The translations under genes and the position numbers were made by a program. From positions 7,192,001-7,256,000 of the forward strand of contig NC_086098.1 of assembly GCF_963921235.1 (NCBI RefSeq): DNA of 64,000 nt, read 5' to 3'. A model generated the notes under the pieces. That model saw only the letters and a list, made by a program, of their open reading frames with translations. It ran no database searches and had not been told where the DNA came from. The stretch is from Mobula hypostoma (lineage: Eukaryota). Below are positions 47,871 through 60,655 of this stretch, piece by piece (the stretch's first letter is position 1; every line of letters starts with the position of its first letter).

Positions 47871-49486
47871 CACAAACAAGTGAAAATCTGTAGATGCTGG
47901 AAATCCGAGCAACAGACACAAAATGCTGGAGAAACTCAGCAGACCAGCAGCATCTATGGAATAAAGTACGGTCAACGTTTCAGGCTGAGGCCCTTTGGCA
48001 GCACTGAAGAAAAAAAAGATGGGGAGTAGACTTAAAAGGTGGGGGAAGGGGAGAGAGAAACACAAAGTGATAGGTGAAATGGGGAAGGGGAGGGATGAAG
48101 TAAAGAGCTGGGAAATTTATTGGTGAAAGAGATACAGGGCTGGAGAAGGGGGACTCATAGGAAAAGACAGAAGCCATGGAAGAAAGAGAAATGGGGGCAG
48201 AGCAGCAGAGGGAGGTGATGGGCAGGCAAGGAGAGAAGGTGAGAGAGAGAAAAGGGGATGGGGAATGGCGAAGGGAGGCATTACCAGAAGTTTGAGAAAT
48301 CGACATTCATGCCATCAGGTTGGAGGCTACCCAGATGAAATATAAGGTGTTGTTCCTCCAACCTGAGAGTGGCCTCATTGCAACATATCGGAATGGGATT
48401 GGGAAGTGGAATTAAAATGAGTGGCCACTGGGAGATCCCGGTTCTTTGGGCAGACTTCTGGTAGGTGCTCAGCGAAGTAGTCTCCTAATCTATGCCGGGT
48501 CTCACCGATATACAGGAGGCCACACCGGGAGCACCGGACACAGTATATCATCCCACCAGACTCACAGGTGAAGTGTCACCTCACCTGGAAGGACTATCTG
48601 GGGCCCTGAATGGTAGTGGGAGAGGAAGTGTAGGGGCAGGTGTAGCACTTGTTCCACTTTCAAGGGTAAGTGTCGGGAGGGAGATCAGTGGGGAGGGACG
48701 AATGGACAAGGGACTCACGTAAGGAGCGATCCCTGTGGAAAGCAGAAAATGGGGGATAGGAAAAGATGTGCTTCGTGGTGGGATTCCATTGGGGTGGCGG
48801 AAGTTACGGAGAATTATGTGCTAGATACAGAGGCTGGTGGGGTGGTGGGTGAGGACAACAAGAATCCTGTTCCTAGTAGCGTGGGGCGAGGATGGAGTTA
48901 AAGTATACGTGCGTGAAATGAAAGAGATGTGGTTGAGGGCAGCGTTGATGGTGGAAAAAGGGAAGCCCCTTTCTTCAAAAAAAAACATCTCCTTCGTTCT
49001 GGAATGAAATGTCTCATCCTGAGAGCAGATGCGGTGGAGATGGAGGAATTGAGAGAAGGAGGTGGCGTTTTTACAAGTTAACAGGGTGGGAAGAGGTATC
49101 GTCCAGGTAGCTGCGAGAATCTGGGAGTTTATAATAGACATCAGTAGACAAGCTGTCTCCAGAGATAGAGACAGTGAAATCGAGAAAAGGGAAGGATTTG
49201 TTGGAAATGGAGCAGGTAAATTTGAGGGCAGGGTGGAAGTTGGAGGCAAAGTTGATGAAGTCGATGTGCTCCATGGTTACAGGAGGCAGCACCAATGCAG
49301 TTATTGACATAGCGTAGGAATAGTGGAGAACAGACACCAGTGTAAGCTTGAAACATAGACTGTTCCACGTAGCCAACAAAAAGGCAGGCATAGCTTGGAC
49401 TCATGGCTACTCCTTTTTTAGAAGGAAGTTTAAGGAGCAAAAGAAGAGTTTAGTAAGAGCGAGGACAAGTTCCACTAGACAGAGGA
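47871..49486 (-). mobile_element. 5'-truncated Penelope-like element (RT C-terminal half, GIY-YIG, terminal repeat)
   Basis: GVAMSPSYACLFVGYVEQ, FLRY, FASNFHPALKFT, PFLD, TDVYYK...SYLD. Imperfect 12-bp TSD gatgtttcctat (47859-47870) / gatgtttcttgt (49487-49498). Confidence 0.88.
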
Positions 49487-50724
49487 GATGTTTCTTGTGG
49501 TGGAAGAGTTCAAGACCAGAGGACACAGCAGCAGAATAGAGGGATGTCTATTTAGAATGGGGGTGAGAAGAAATTCCTTTAGCCAGGGAGTGGTGAATCT
49601 GTAGAATTCACTGCCACAGGTAGCTGTGAAGGTCAAGTTATTGGATATATTTAAGGCAGAAATTGATAGATTCTTGATTAGTCAAGGCATGAAGGTGTAC
49701 AAGGAGAGGGCAGGTGATTGGGGCTGAGAGGGAAAGTGGATTAGCCATGATGAACTGGTGGAGCTGGCTTTCTGAGCCAAATGACCTAATCCTGCTCCTA
49801 TACCTTGTGGTCCAATCACCAGATCAGAGAGAATAGATAAATTGGGGGTTGGTAAAGGTGTACAGGTCAAGGACAGGAAAGCTTAGATATTGCTTTTTAA
49901 AGCTTTCTTTCATTTGCATATGGTTTTTCCCCATTTATGTACAATTTTCTGCTATTTATGTATATGTTTCATTTATTTTTAATTTTCCCTCATTTACTTT
50001 ATTTTCCATTTATGTCTAATTTTTTCATAAATTCTATTGTATTTCTTTCTTCTCCTGTAAATCCCTGCAAGAAAATAAATCTCAGTGCAGTATACGGTAA
50101 CATATCAAAGTCAAATTCCAAAGTTCAAAGTAAATTTATTATCAACATGCATATATGTCACTATATACTACTCTGAGATTCATCTCCTTGTGGCATACTC
50201 AGTAAATCTACAGAATAATAATCTTAACAGAATCAATGAAAGACCGCACTAACTGGGCATTCAACCAAAGCGCGGAGAACAACAAACTGACCAAATCCAA
50301 AAAGAAGTAATAATAATAAACAGTAAGCAATAAATATCAAGAACATGAGATGAAGAGTCCCTGAAAGTGCGTCCATTGGTTGTGGGAATACTTCAATGAT
50401 AACGCACTCAAAATGCTGAAGGAACTCAGCAGATCAGACAGCATCTATGGAAATGAACAAGCAGTTGATGTTTCGGGCCAAGACCCTTCATCAGAACTGG
50501 AAAGGAAGGGGGAAGATGCCAAAATAGAAAGGTGCTGGGAAGAGAATGAGGATAGCTGGAAGATGATTGAAGCCAGGTGGTGGAAAAGGTGCTGGAGAGG
50601 AAGGAATCTGATAGAGCAGTGTGGACCGTAGGAGAAAGGGAAGGAGGAGGGACCCAGGGGGAGGTGATAGGCAGGTATTCAATTGAATGAAGAGCATGTT
50701 CCTTAATAATAAATTGTAAGTGCT

Positions 50725-51935
50725 ATGCACTTTAATGCTCCAAGAGGACCACAACCTAGTCGTGGTTTGCAGGCTTGCATGCCTCAAAGACCTGGAGAGC
50801 TATGTACTTTATGCTTTTGCTCTTGGTTGGGTCATCCATGCCAAAATTTTTGGTGGCAAAAATAGGAAAACAGATTATTATCTGAATGGTGGCCGATTAG
50901 GACAAGGGGAGGTGCAATGAGACCTGGGTGTCATTATACACCAGTCATTGAAAGTGGGCATGCAGGTGCAGCAGGCGGTGAAAAAGGCCAATGGTATGCT
51001 GGCATTTATAGCGAGAGGATTCGAGTACAGGAGCAGGGAGGTACTACTGCAGTTGTACAAGGCCTTGGTGAGACCACACCTGGAGTATTGTGTGCAGTTT
51101 TGGTCCCCTAATCTGAGGAAAGACATCTTTGCCATAGACGGAGTACAAAGAAGGTTCACCAGATTGATTCCTGGGATGGCAGGACTTTCATATGAAGAAA
51201 GACTGGATGAACTGGGCTTGTACTCGTTGGAATTTAGAAGATTGAGGGGGGATCTGATTGAAACGTATAAGATCCTAAAGGGATTGGACAGGCTAGATGC
51301 AGGAAGATTGTTCCCGATGTTGGGGAAGTCCAGAATGAGGGGTCACAGTCTGAGGATAGAGGGGAAGCCTTTTAGGACCGAGATTAGGAAAAACTTCTTC
51401 ACACAGAGAGTGGTGAATCTGTGGAATTCTCTGCTACAGGAAACTGTTGAGGCCAGTTCATTGGCTATGTTTAAGAGGGAGTTAGATATGGCCCTTGTGG
51501 CTACAGGGGTCAGGGGGTATGGAGGGAAGGCTGGGGCGGGGTTCTGAGATGGATGATCAGCCATGATCATAATAAATGGCGGTGCAGGCTCGAAGGGCCG
51601 AATGGCCTACTCCTGCACCTATTTTCTATGTTTCTATGTTTCTAAACAGGTCCAAGGTAGAGGCCAGTCTAAAAGTGGTCCACTGAAACTCCAGGTCTGG
51701 GGGTTCAGCTCAGGGCTAACAAGCCTGACTGGTAAAACAAAATTGTAACAGAAACAGAAATGAAAAATCTTTCTACATCTGAGTGCGTTGGTATTCCTGA
51801 GTCTCCATCCGGAACGTGCATGACTGACAGTAGTGAAAACTGAGAGGAAGCTACCGACACGATGAAGGAAGTCCTGAACACTACCAGAGATGGAGGATCT
51901 TCATTGATGCCTTAAATGCCAGCAGTGTAATGAGC
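50725..51935 (+). mobile_element. RTE-leader-derived non-autonomous element split by a young CR1
   Basis: RTE/BovB-type leader gtcgtgg...ggcttgcatgcctcaa.gacc...gagctatg...gggtcatccatg, continuing at 51644 with the ggggttcagctcagggctaacaagcctgac hairpin. Confidence 0.55.
50847..51643 (+). mobile_element. Young CR1 3' fragment
   Basis: Near-identical to 55875-56670; (ctatgttt)n tail; short aaa duplication. Confidence 0.92.
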
Positions 51936-52639
51936 TGCAGAGAGACATACTTTACTAATAAATTTGACTTTGACTTTGAACTCCCAATTTAGATTCATGT
52001 ACAAAGCTCTCATTACACTAATATGCAAATTATAATGAGACACTGAATGTACAAAAATAATTAAAACAGATGAAGGATTACTTACCGGCAAAAGCTGAAA
52101 GGTGTGGATAACTCACATCAGGGAGAGAAAGCTGAAGAAGACCACACATCTAAAATCATAACATGGGACCAGTATTTCTCATATATACGAGGTTAAAAGT
52201 CAGGGCAATAAACTGTAAAATCCAATGGGAATTTCTTTGACTAAAATAGAGTCACATAGTCATAGAAAAGTACAGCACAGAAACAGGGCTTTAGATGTTG
52301 AAATTGAACTTTCATGAACCACTTATGCTGGCAGCTCATCCCACACTCTCACCACCCTCTGACTGAAGAAGTTTACCCTCAGGATCTTCTTAAACTTTTC
52401 ACCTTTCACACTTAGCCCATGACCACTGGTTGTAGTCCCACCCAAGCTCAACATTCCCAGTTTTGTAGTTGACTTCCAGCGCTGTTCTGTTAGGAGTCTC
52501 TGTACATCCCCCTGTGGAATTGTGGGCTTTCTCCCAGTGTACCAGTTTCCTCCCACAGTCCACCGGGCGGGGTGGTGGCGGGAGGTGTGAAGTAAAGAGC
52601 TACAGGGCTGGAGAAGGGGGGGAGTCTGATAGGAGATGA

Positions 52640-53485
52640 CTATGCTGGATTGGGTGTTGTGCAATGATCCGGAGGTGATAAGAGAGCTTAAGGTTAAGGA
52701 ATCCTTGGGGAACAGTGATCGCAGTATGATTGAGTTCACTTTGAAATTTGAGAAGGAGAAACTAAATTCCAATATGTCGGTATTTCAGTGGAATAAAGAA
52801 AATTACAATGGCATGAGAGGGGAACTGGCCAAGGTTCACTGGAAAGAGACTCTATCAGGAAGGACAGAAGAGTGGCAATGGCTTTAGTTTCTGTGAAAAA
52901 TGAGGGAATTCCAAATAAGAAGAAATTTTTGAAATGGAAGAAGGACACTACCATGGATGACAAGTGAAGTCAGAGAGCCAAAGTGAAAGCAAAAGATAGG
53001 GCATACAAGGAAACCAAAGCTAGTGGGAAGATAGAGGATTGGAAAGTTTTTAAAAACTTTCAGGAAACTAAGAAGTTCATTAGGAAGGAACAGATGAATT
53101 ATGAAAGCAAGCTGGTGACTAATATCAAAGAAGATACTAAAAGCTTTTCTTATATACGTATAAAGGGTAAAAGAGAGTCAAGGGTAGATATAGGACCAAC
53201 CGAAAATGATGCTGGAGCTGCTGTAATGAGAGACGCAGAGATGGTAGAGGAACTGAATGCGTATTTTGCATCAATCTTCATAGTGGAAGACATCTGCAGT
53301 ATACTGGACATTCAATAGTGGCAGGGAGGTGAAGTACTTGCAGTGAAAGTTATGATTGAGAAGGTGCTCAGGAAGCTGCATGGTCTGGGGGTGGATAACT
53401 CTCCTGCACCTGGTGGAATGCACCCTTGGGTTCTGAAGGAAGTAGCTGGAGAGATTGCGTAAACAATGATCTTTCAAGCATCGAC
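52640..53485 (+). mobile_element. Old CR1 ORF2 middle fragment
   Basis: LDWVLCN...LGNSDRSMIEF, EELNAYFASIF. Confidence 0.8.
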
Positions 53486-54408
53486 AGATAATAGAACATA
53501 GAAAACCTAAAGCACAATATGGGCCCGAACATGTCCTTACCTAAGAAATTACCAAGGTTAACCATAGCCCTCTATTGCTCCATATACCTATCCTGGAGTC
53601 TATCAAAAGTCCATATCGTATTCGCCTCCACTACCGTCACTGGCAGCACATTCCACGCACTCACCAATCTCTGTGTAAAAAACTTACCCCTGACATCTCT
53701 TCTACTTCGAAGCACCTTAAAACTGTGCCCTCTCGTGCTAGACATTTCAGCCCTGGGAAAAAGCTTCTGACTATCCACATGATCAATGCCTCTCATCATC
53801 TTATAAGCTGCCTCTCATCATCTTACACACCTCTATCAGGTCACCTCTCATCCTCCGTCACTCCAAGGAAAAAAAGGTCGATTTCACTCAACCTATTCTC
53901 ATAAGGCATGTTCCCCAATACAAGCAACATCCTTGTAAGTCTCCTCTGCACCGTTTCTATGGTTTCCACATCCTTCCTATAGTGAGGTGACCAGAACTGA
54001 GCACCGTACTCCAAGGGGGGTCTGACCAGGGTCCTATATAGCTGCAACATTACCTCTCAGCTCCTAAATTCAATTCCACAATTGATGAAGGCCAATGCAC
54101 CATATGCTTTCTTAACCACAGGGTCAATATGCGCAGCTGCTTTGAATGTCCTATGGACTCGGACCCCAAGATCCCTCTGATCATCCACACTGCCAAGAGC
54201 CTTACCATTAATACTATATTCCGCCATCATATTTGACCTACCAAAATGAATCACCTCACACTTATCTGGGTTGAACTCCGTCTGCCAGTTCTCAGCCCAG
54301 TTTCGCATCCTATCAATGTCCCACTGTAACCTCTGACAGCCCTCCACACTATCCACAACACACCCAAGCTTTGTGTCATCAACAAATTTACTAACCCATC
54401 CCTCCACT

Positions 54409-54930
54409 TGTCATAAGGGGGTGTTGGGAGCGGACCCAAATGCAAGACACAGACACTGAAATACTAGGAACAGGAAGAAGCAAGGGGAGTGAGGAAGAAG
54501 CGACACGGGACATGGACACAGGCCCTGGACGAGACAAGGACACCGGGTCTGGGCTTGATTAGGCTCTTGGGTACGGAGCCAGGACCCTCCTTGGACTGCA
54601 GGGCCAGGACCTTCTAGGACACAGGGCCAGGACCCTTCTAGGACGCAGGGCTGGGACCCTTTCTTGGACGCAGAGCCAGGATGACTGCCGAGGAGACCAC
54701 CGAGGTGACCACCGAGGAAACTGTCAGGGATTCAGATGGGGAGGGGAAGGGAACAGTCCAGCCAAAAGAAGCTGATTCCTGAAGCTACTTATGTAGCCAG
54801 CCTGAAACTAGAATCAGGTGCCTCGATTTAGGAGCCCAATGGAACCGGGGAAAACAGGGAAAACCCGGCATACGGATCAATGGACCGGACCATAAACTGG
54901 AATGCGGACTTCACAGACCGGACCATGACA
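54409..54930. mobile_element. Solo LTR (522 bp, Gypsy-like)
   Basis: tgtcat...atgaca inverted ends, perfect 5-bp TSD ccact (54404-54408 / 54931-54935), internal ~22-bp gggccaggacc tandem repeats. Confidence 0.9.
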
Positions 54931-55288
54931 CCACTTCCTCATCCAGGTCATTTATAAAAATCACGAAGAGTAGGTGTCTCAGAACAGATCCCTGAGGCAC
55001 ACTACTGGTGACCGACCTCCATGCAAAATATGACCCGTCTACAACTATTCTTTGCCTTTTGTAAGCAAGCTAGTTCTGGATCCATAAAGCAATGTCTCCT
55101 TGAATCCCATGCCTCCTTACTTTCCAAAAAGCCTTGCATGGGGTACCTTGTCAAATGCCTTGCTAAAATCTATATAGACTACATCTACTGCTCTTCCTTC
55201 ATCAATGTGTTCAGTCACATCCTGAAAAAATTCAATCAGGCTTGTAAGGCATGACCTGCCTTTGACCAAGCCATGTTGACTATTCCTA

Positions 55289-57656
55289 GACAGGAAGCAA
55301 TCTAAGGATGCTGGAAACTCAAGCAACACACAGCATATTTGGAAAGTGGTGAAATGATCGGACAAAGTCAGCATGGATTTGTGAAAGAAAAATCATGTCT
55401 GACGAATCTCATAGAATTTTTTGAGGATGTAACTAGTAGAGTGGATAGGGGAGAACCAGTGGATGTGGTATATTTGGATTTTCAAAAGGCTTTTGACAAG
55501 GTCCCACACAGGAGATTAGTGTGCAAACTTAAAGCACACAGTATTGGGGGTAAGGTATTGGTGTGGGTGGAGAATTGGTTAGCAGACAGGAAGCAAAGAG
55601 TGGGAATAAACGGGACCTTTTCAGAATGGCAGGCGGTGACTAGTGGGGTACCGCAAGGCTCAGTGCTGGGACCCCAGTTGTTTACAATATATATTAATGA
55701 CTTGGATGAGGGAATTAAATGCAGCATCTCCAAGTTTGCAGATGACACGAAGCTGGGTGGCAGTGTTAGCTGTGAGGAGGATGCTAAGAGGATGCAGGGT
55801 GACTTGGATAGGTTGGGTGAGTGGGCAAATTTATGGCAGATGCAATTTAATGTGGATAAATGTGAAGTTATCCACTTTGGTGGCAAAAATAGGAAAACAG
55901 ATTATTATCTGAATGGTGGCCGATTAGGAAAAGGGGAGGTGCAACGAGACCTGGGTGTCATTATACACCAGTCATTGAAAGTGGGCATGCAGGTACAGCA
56001 GGCGGTGAAAAAGGCGAATGGTACGCTGGCATTTATAGCGAGAGGATTCGAGTACAGGAGCAGGGAGGTACTACTGCAGTTGTACAAGGCCTTGGTGAGA
56101 CCACACCTGGAGTATTGTGTGCAGTTTTGGTCCCCTAATCTGAGGAAAGACATCTTTGCCATAGACGGAGTACAAAGAAGGTTCACCAGATTGATTCCTG
56201 GGATGGCAGGACTTTCATATGAAGAAAGACTGGATGAACTGGGCTTGTACTCGTTGGAATTTAGAAGATTGAGGGGGGATCTGATTGAAACGTATAAGAT
56301 CCTAAAGGGATTGGACAGGCTAGATGCAGGAAGATTGTTCCCGATGTTGGGGAAGTCCAGAACGAGGGGCCACAGTTTGAGGATAGAGGGGAAGCCTTTT
56401 AGGACCGAGATTAGGAAAAACTTCTTCACACAGACAGTGGTGAATCTGTGGAATTCTCTGCCACAGGAAACTGTTGAGGCCAGTTCATTGGCTATATTTA
56501 AGAGGGAGTTAGATATGGCCCTTGTGGCTACGGGGGTCAGGGGGTATGGAGGGAAGGCTGGGGCGGGGTTCTGAGTTGGATGATCAGCCATGATCATAAT
56601 AAATGGCGGTGCAGGCTCGAAGGGCCGAATGGCCTACTCCTGCACCTATTTTCTATGTTTCTATGTTTCTAAAACATGCTGATGAATGCAGCAGGCCAGG
56701 CAGCATCTCTAGGAAGAGGTACAATCGACATTTCGGGTTGGAACTCTTCGTCAGGACTAACTGAAAGAAGAGATTTGAAAGTGGGAGGGGGAGGGGGTGA
56801 TCCAAAATGATAGGAGAAGACAGGAGGGGGAGGGATGGAGCTAAGAGCTGGAAAGTTGATTAGCAAAAGGGATACCAGGATGGAGAAGGGAGAGGATCAT
56901 GGGACAGGAAGCCTGGGGAGAGAGAGAAGTGGGGAGGGTCGCCCGGAGGGTGGAGAGCAGGCAATTATAGTGAGAGGAATTATAGTGAGAGGGACAGAGG
57001 GAGAAAAAAGAGAGAGAAAAAAAAGGTTGGAGGCCCGACGCAGGCTGGGAGACCGTTTTGCTGAACATCTACGCTCTGTCCGCCAGAGTAAACAGGATCT
57101 CCCAGTGGCCTCACATTTTAATTCCACGTCCCATTCCCATTCTGACATGTCTATCCATGGCCTCCTCTACTGTAAAGATGAAGCCACACTCAGGTTGGAG
57201 GAACAACACCTTATATTCCGTCTGGGTAGCCTCCAACCTGATGGCATGAACATTGACTTCTCTAACTTCCGCTAATGCCCCACCTCCCCCTCGTACCCCA
57301 TCCGTTATTTATTTTTATACACACATTCTTTTTCTCTCTCTCATTTTTCTCCCTCTGTCCCTCTGATTATACCCCTTGGCCTCTGGTTTTCTCCCCCCCC
57401 TCCCCCTTTTCTTTCTCCCTCGGCCTCCTGTCCCATGATCCTCTCATATCCCTTTTTGCCTATCACCTGTCCAGCTCTCGGCTCCATCCCTCCCCCTCCT
57501 GTCTTCTCCTATCATTTTGGATCTCTCCCTCCCCCCACTTTCAAATCTCTTACTCACTCTTCCTTCAGTTAGTCCTGACGAAGGGTCTCGACCCAAATGT
57601 CGACTGTACCTCTTCCTAGAGATGCTGCCTGGCCTGTTGTGTTCCACTGGCATTTT
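55289..57656 (+). mobile_element. Penelope-like element: inverted terminal repeat + GIY-YIG C-terminus + terminal repeat, with a nested CR1
   Basis: RRRLGDRFAEH...VASHFN...RLEEQHLIFRLGSLQPDGMN (57035-57275). 13-bp TSD ttgactattccta at 55276-55288 / 57657-57669. Confidence 0.9.
55330..56670 (+). mobile_element. Young 5'-truncated CR1 with an open RT frame
   Basis: 411-aa uninterrupted ORF 55339-56574; (ctatgttt)n tail. Confidence 0.95.
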
Positions 57657-57744
57657 TTGACTATTCCTAATCATATTATGCCTCTCCAAATGTTCTCAGG
57701 ATCTTCTCCATCAACTTACCAACCACTGCAGTAAGATTCTGGCA

Positions 57745-59143
57745 TTGTACCAGATGGCTGAAAACTACAGACCTATTAACCTGACATCAACGGTTGAGAA
57801 GTTGTTGGAATCCATTGTTAGCGATGAGATCACGGAGTAGCTGGAGGAATGTGACAAGATAGGCCAAAGCTAGCATGATTTCCTGAAAGGAAAATCCTGC
57901 CTGACTATCCTACTGCAAATTTTTGAGGAAAGTACAAACAGGATAAGCAAAGGAGATGCAATAGATGTGGTGTACTTGGATTTTCAGAAGGCCTTTGACA
58001 GGGTGCCGCACATCAGGAAGATAAGAGCCCATGGAATTACAGGGGAGTTACTAGCATGGGTGGAGCATTGGCTGATTGGCAGGAAACAGAGAACGGGAAT
58101 AAACTATTCTGGCTAGCTGCCGGTTACAAGTGGAATTCCACATAGGTTGGTTTTGGGACGGCTGCTTTTTACGATGTATACCAATGATTTAGACTATAGG
58201 ATTAATGGATTTGTGGCTAAATTTGCCAATGATACAAAGATAGGTGGAGGAGCAGATAGTGTTGAGGAAACAGAGACTTAGATAGTTTAGGGGAATAGGC
58301 AAAGAAGTTTCAAATGAAATACAATGTTGGAAAGTGTATGGTCATGCACTTTGGTGGAAGAAATAAATGGGCAGACTATTACTTAGATGAGGAGAGAATT
58401 CAAAATGCAGAGATGCAAAGTGACTTGGCAGTCCTTGTGCCAGATACCCTGAAGGTTAACCTCCGGTTTGAGTTGGTGGTGAAGAAGGTGAATGCAATGT
58501 TGGCATTCATTTCTAGAGGTATAGAATATAAGAGCAGGGATGTGATGTTGAGTCTCTATAAGACACTCATGAGACCACACTTGGAGTATTGTGTGCAGTT
58601 TCGGGCTCCTTATTTTAGAAAGGATATGCTGACATTGGAGAGGGTTCAGAGAAGATTCATGAGAATGATTCCAGGAATGAAAGAGTTACCATATGAGGAA
58701 TGTTTGCTAGCTCTTGGGCTGTATTCCCTGGAGTTCAGGAGAATAAGGGGGGATCTCATAGAAACATTCCAAATGTTAAAAGGCCTGAACAAATTAGATA
58801 TGGCAAAGTTATTTCCCATGGTAGGGGGGTCTAGGACAAGCAGACATGACTTCAGGATTGAAAGACATCTATTTAGAACAGAGATGTGGAAAAATCACTT
58901 TAGTCAGAGGGTGGTTAATCTGTGGAATTTATTGCCATGTGCAGTTGTAGAGGCCAAGTCATTGGGTGCATTTAAGGCAGAGATAGATAGGTTCTTGATT
59001 AGCCAGGGCATAAAAGGGTATGAGGAGAAGGCAGGGGAGTGGGGATGACTGGAAGAATTGGATCAACCCATGATGGAATGGCGGAGCAGACTTGATGAGC
59101 CAAATGGCCTACTTCTGCTCCTTTATGTTATGGTCTTATGGTT
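57745..59143 (+). mobile_element. CR1 RT/3' fragment
   Basis: NYRPINLTS, LDFQKAFD; ORF 58314-59048; (ttatgg)n tail. Confidence 0.88.
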
Positions 59144-59339
59144 AGTTGGTCATTGTGTATTGTCCTGTGATTAGGTTAGAGTTAAATTGGGGTTATGGGA
59201 GTTTACTGGGGCAGTGTGGCCACAGCAGCTGGGAAAGGCCTATTCTACACTGTATCGCTAAATAAAATATAAAAAATAAACAAACCAATGATGAATAGCA
59301 AGAATGTATTAAGGGAAAGCCTACAAAGAACACAGCGTG

Positions 59340-60655
59340 TAAATCTGGGAATACAGGCCCATAATTCCTTTTGAAAGCAATGTCATAAGTTGATAGGGTT
59401 GTAAAGAAAGCTTTTGGTACATTGGCCTTTATAAATCAATGTATTGAGTATAGGAGATGGGGTATTATATTGAAGTTGTATAAGATGTTGATGTGGTCTA
59501 ATTTGGAGTATTGTGTGCAATTTTGGTCACCTACCTACAGGAAAGATGTAAATATGGTTGAAAGTGTATAGAGAAAATTTACAAAGATGTTGAGGGGTCT
59601 GGAGGACCTAAGGAAAGATTGAATAGATTCAGACTATACTTTATTAGCGGCTATAAGACAGCAGCTATACTTTATTAGGAGTTTGAAGAGATTTGGTACG
59701 TCAACAAATACACTCAAAGACTTCTATAAAAGTACAAACGTTTGTAGGATGGAGAGCATACTGACAGGCTGCATCACTGTCTGGTATGGAGGGGCTACTG
59801 CACAGGACCAAAAGAAGCTGCAGAAGGTTATAAATTTAGTCAGCTCCATCTTTCGTACTAGCCTACTAAGTACCCAGGACATATTTAGGGAGCGGTGTTT
59901 CAGAAAGGCAGCATCCATTATTAAGGACCTCCAGCACCCAGGGCATGCCCTTTTTTCACTGTCACCATCAGGTAGGAGGTACAGAAGCCTGAAGGCACAC
60001 ACTCAGCGATTCAGGAACAGTTGTTTCCCTCTGCCATTCGATTCCTAAATGGACATTGAACCTTTGGACACTACCTCACTTTTTTAACAAGTATATGGTA
60101 TTTCTAATTTTTTGCAGGATTTTTAATCTTTTCAATATATGCATACTGCATACTGAATAAGATTTATTTATTTATTTTTCTTCTATACTATGTATCGCAT
60201 TGAACTGCTATTACTAAGTTAACAAATTTCACGTCACATGCCGGTGATAATAAATCTGATTCTGATTCTGACTTTATTGCTTGGAACAGCGAAGACTAAG
60301 GGGAAATTGGTTAGAGGTGTACAAGATTATAAGGGGTATTGATAGGGTCAATACAAGCAGGCTTTTTCCACTGAGGTTGGGAGGGACTACAACTCGAGGT
60401 CATGGGTTAAGGGGAACATGAGGAGAAACTTCTTTATTCAGAGGGTGGTGAAAGTGTGGACGAGCACCCAGCACAAGTGGTGCATGTGAGCTCGGTTTCA
60501 ATGTTTTAGAGAAGTTTGGACAGGTACACGATTGGTCTGGGTGTGGAGGGTTACAGTCTTGGCGCAAGTCGATGGGAGTAGGCAATTTAAATGTTTCGGC
60601 ATGGACTAGATGGGCCAAAGGGCCTGTTTCTGTGCTGTACTTTTCTATTACTCTA
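59340..60655 (+). mobile_element. Old CR1 3' fragment with a Rex1/Babar 3' fragment (~59640-60272) inserted
   Basis: ESILTGCITVWYG...SGRRYRSLKAHTQRFRNS (ORF 59683-60048) with an (ctgatt)n tail; CR1 motifs on both sides. Confidence 0.8.

Larger units (their letters stand above)
47398..49815 (+). mobile_element. Old CR1 3' fragment interrupted by two Penelope-derived insertions
   Basis: CR1 C-terminal motifs at 47398-47493, 47711-47870 and 49487-49815. Confidence 0.75.
53490..57740 (-). mobile_element. CR1 (53490-54408, 54931-55288, 57657-57740) interrupted by a solo LTR and a Penelope element
   Basis: The segments rejoin into a sequence colinear with 40170-41410. Confidence 0.85.

Noticed and set aside
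55905..56597. Long antisense ORFs over CR1 copies (also 16592-16990, 18050-18628, 33638-34030)
   Set aside because: They are shadows of the CR1 ORF2 codon pattern, repeated in each copy, with no independent motifs.
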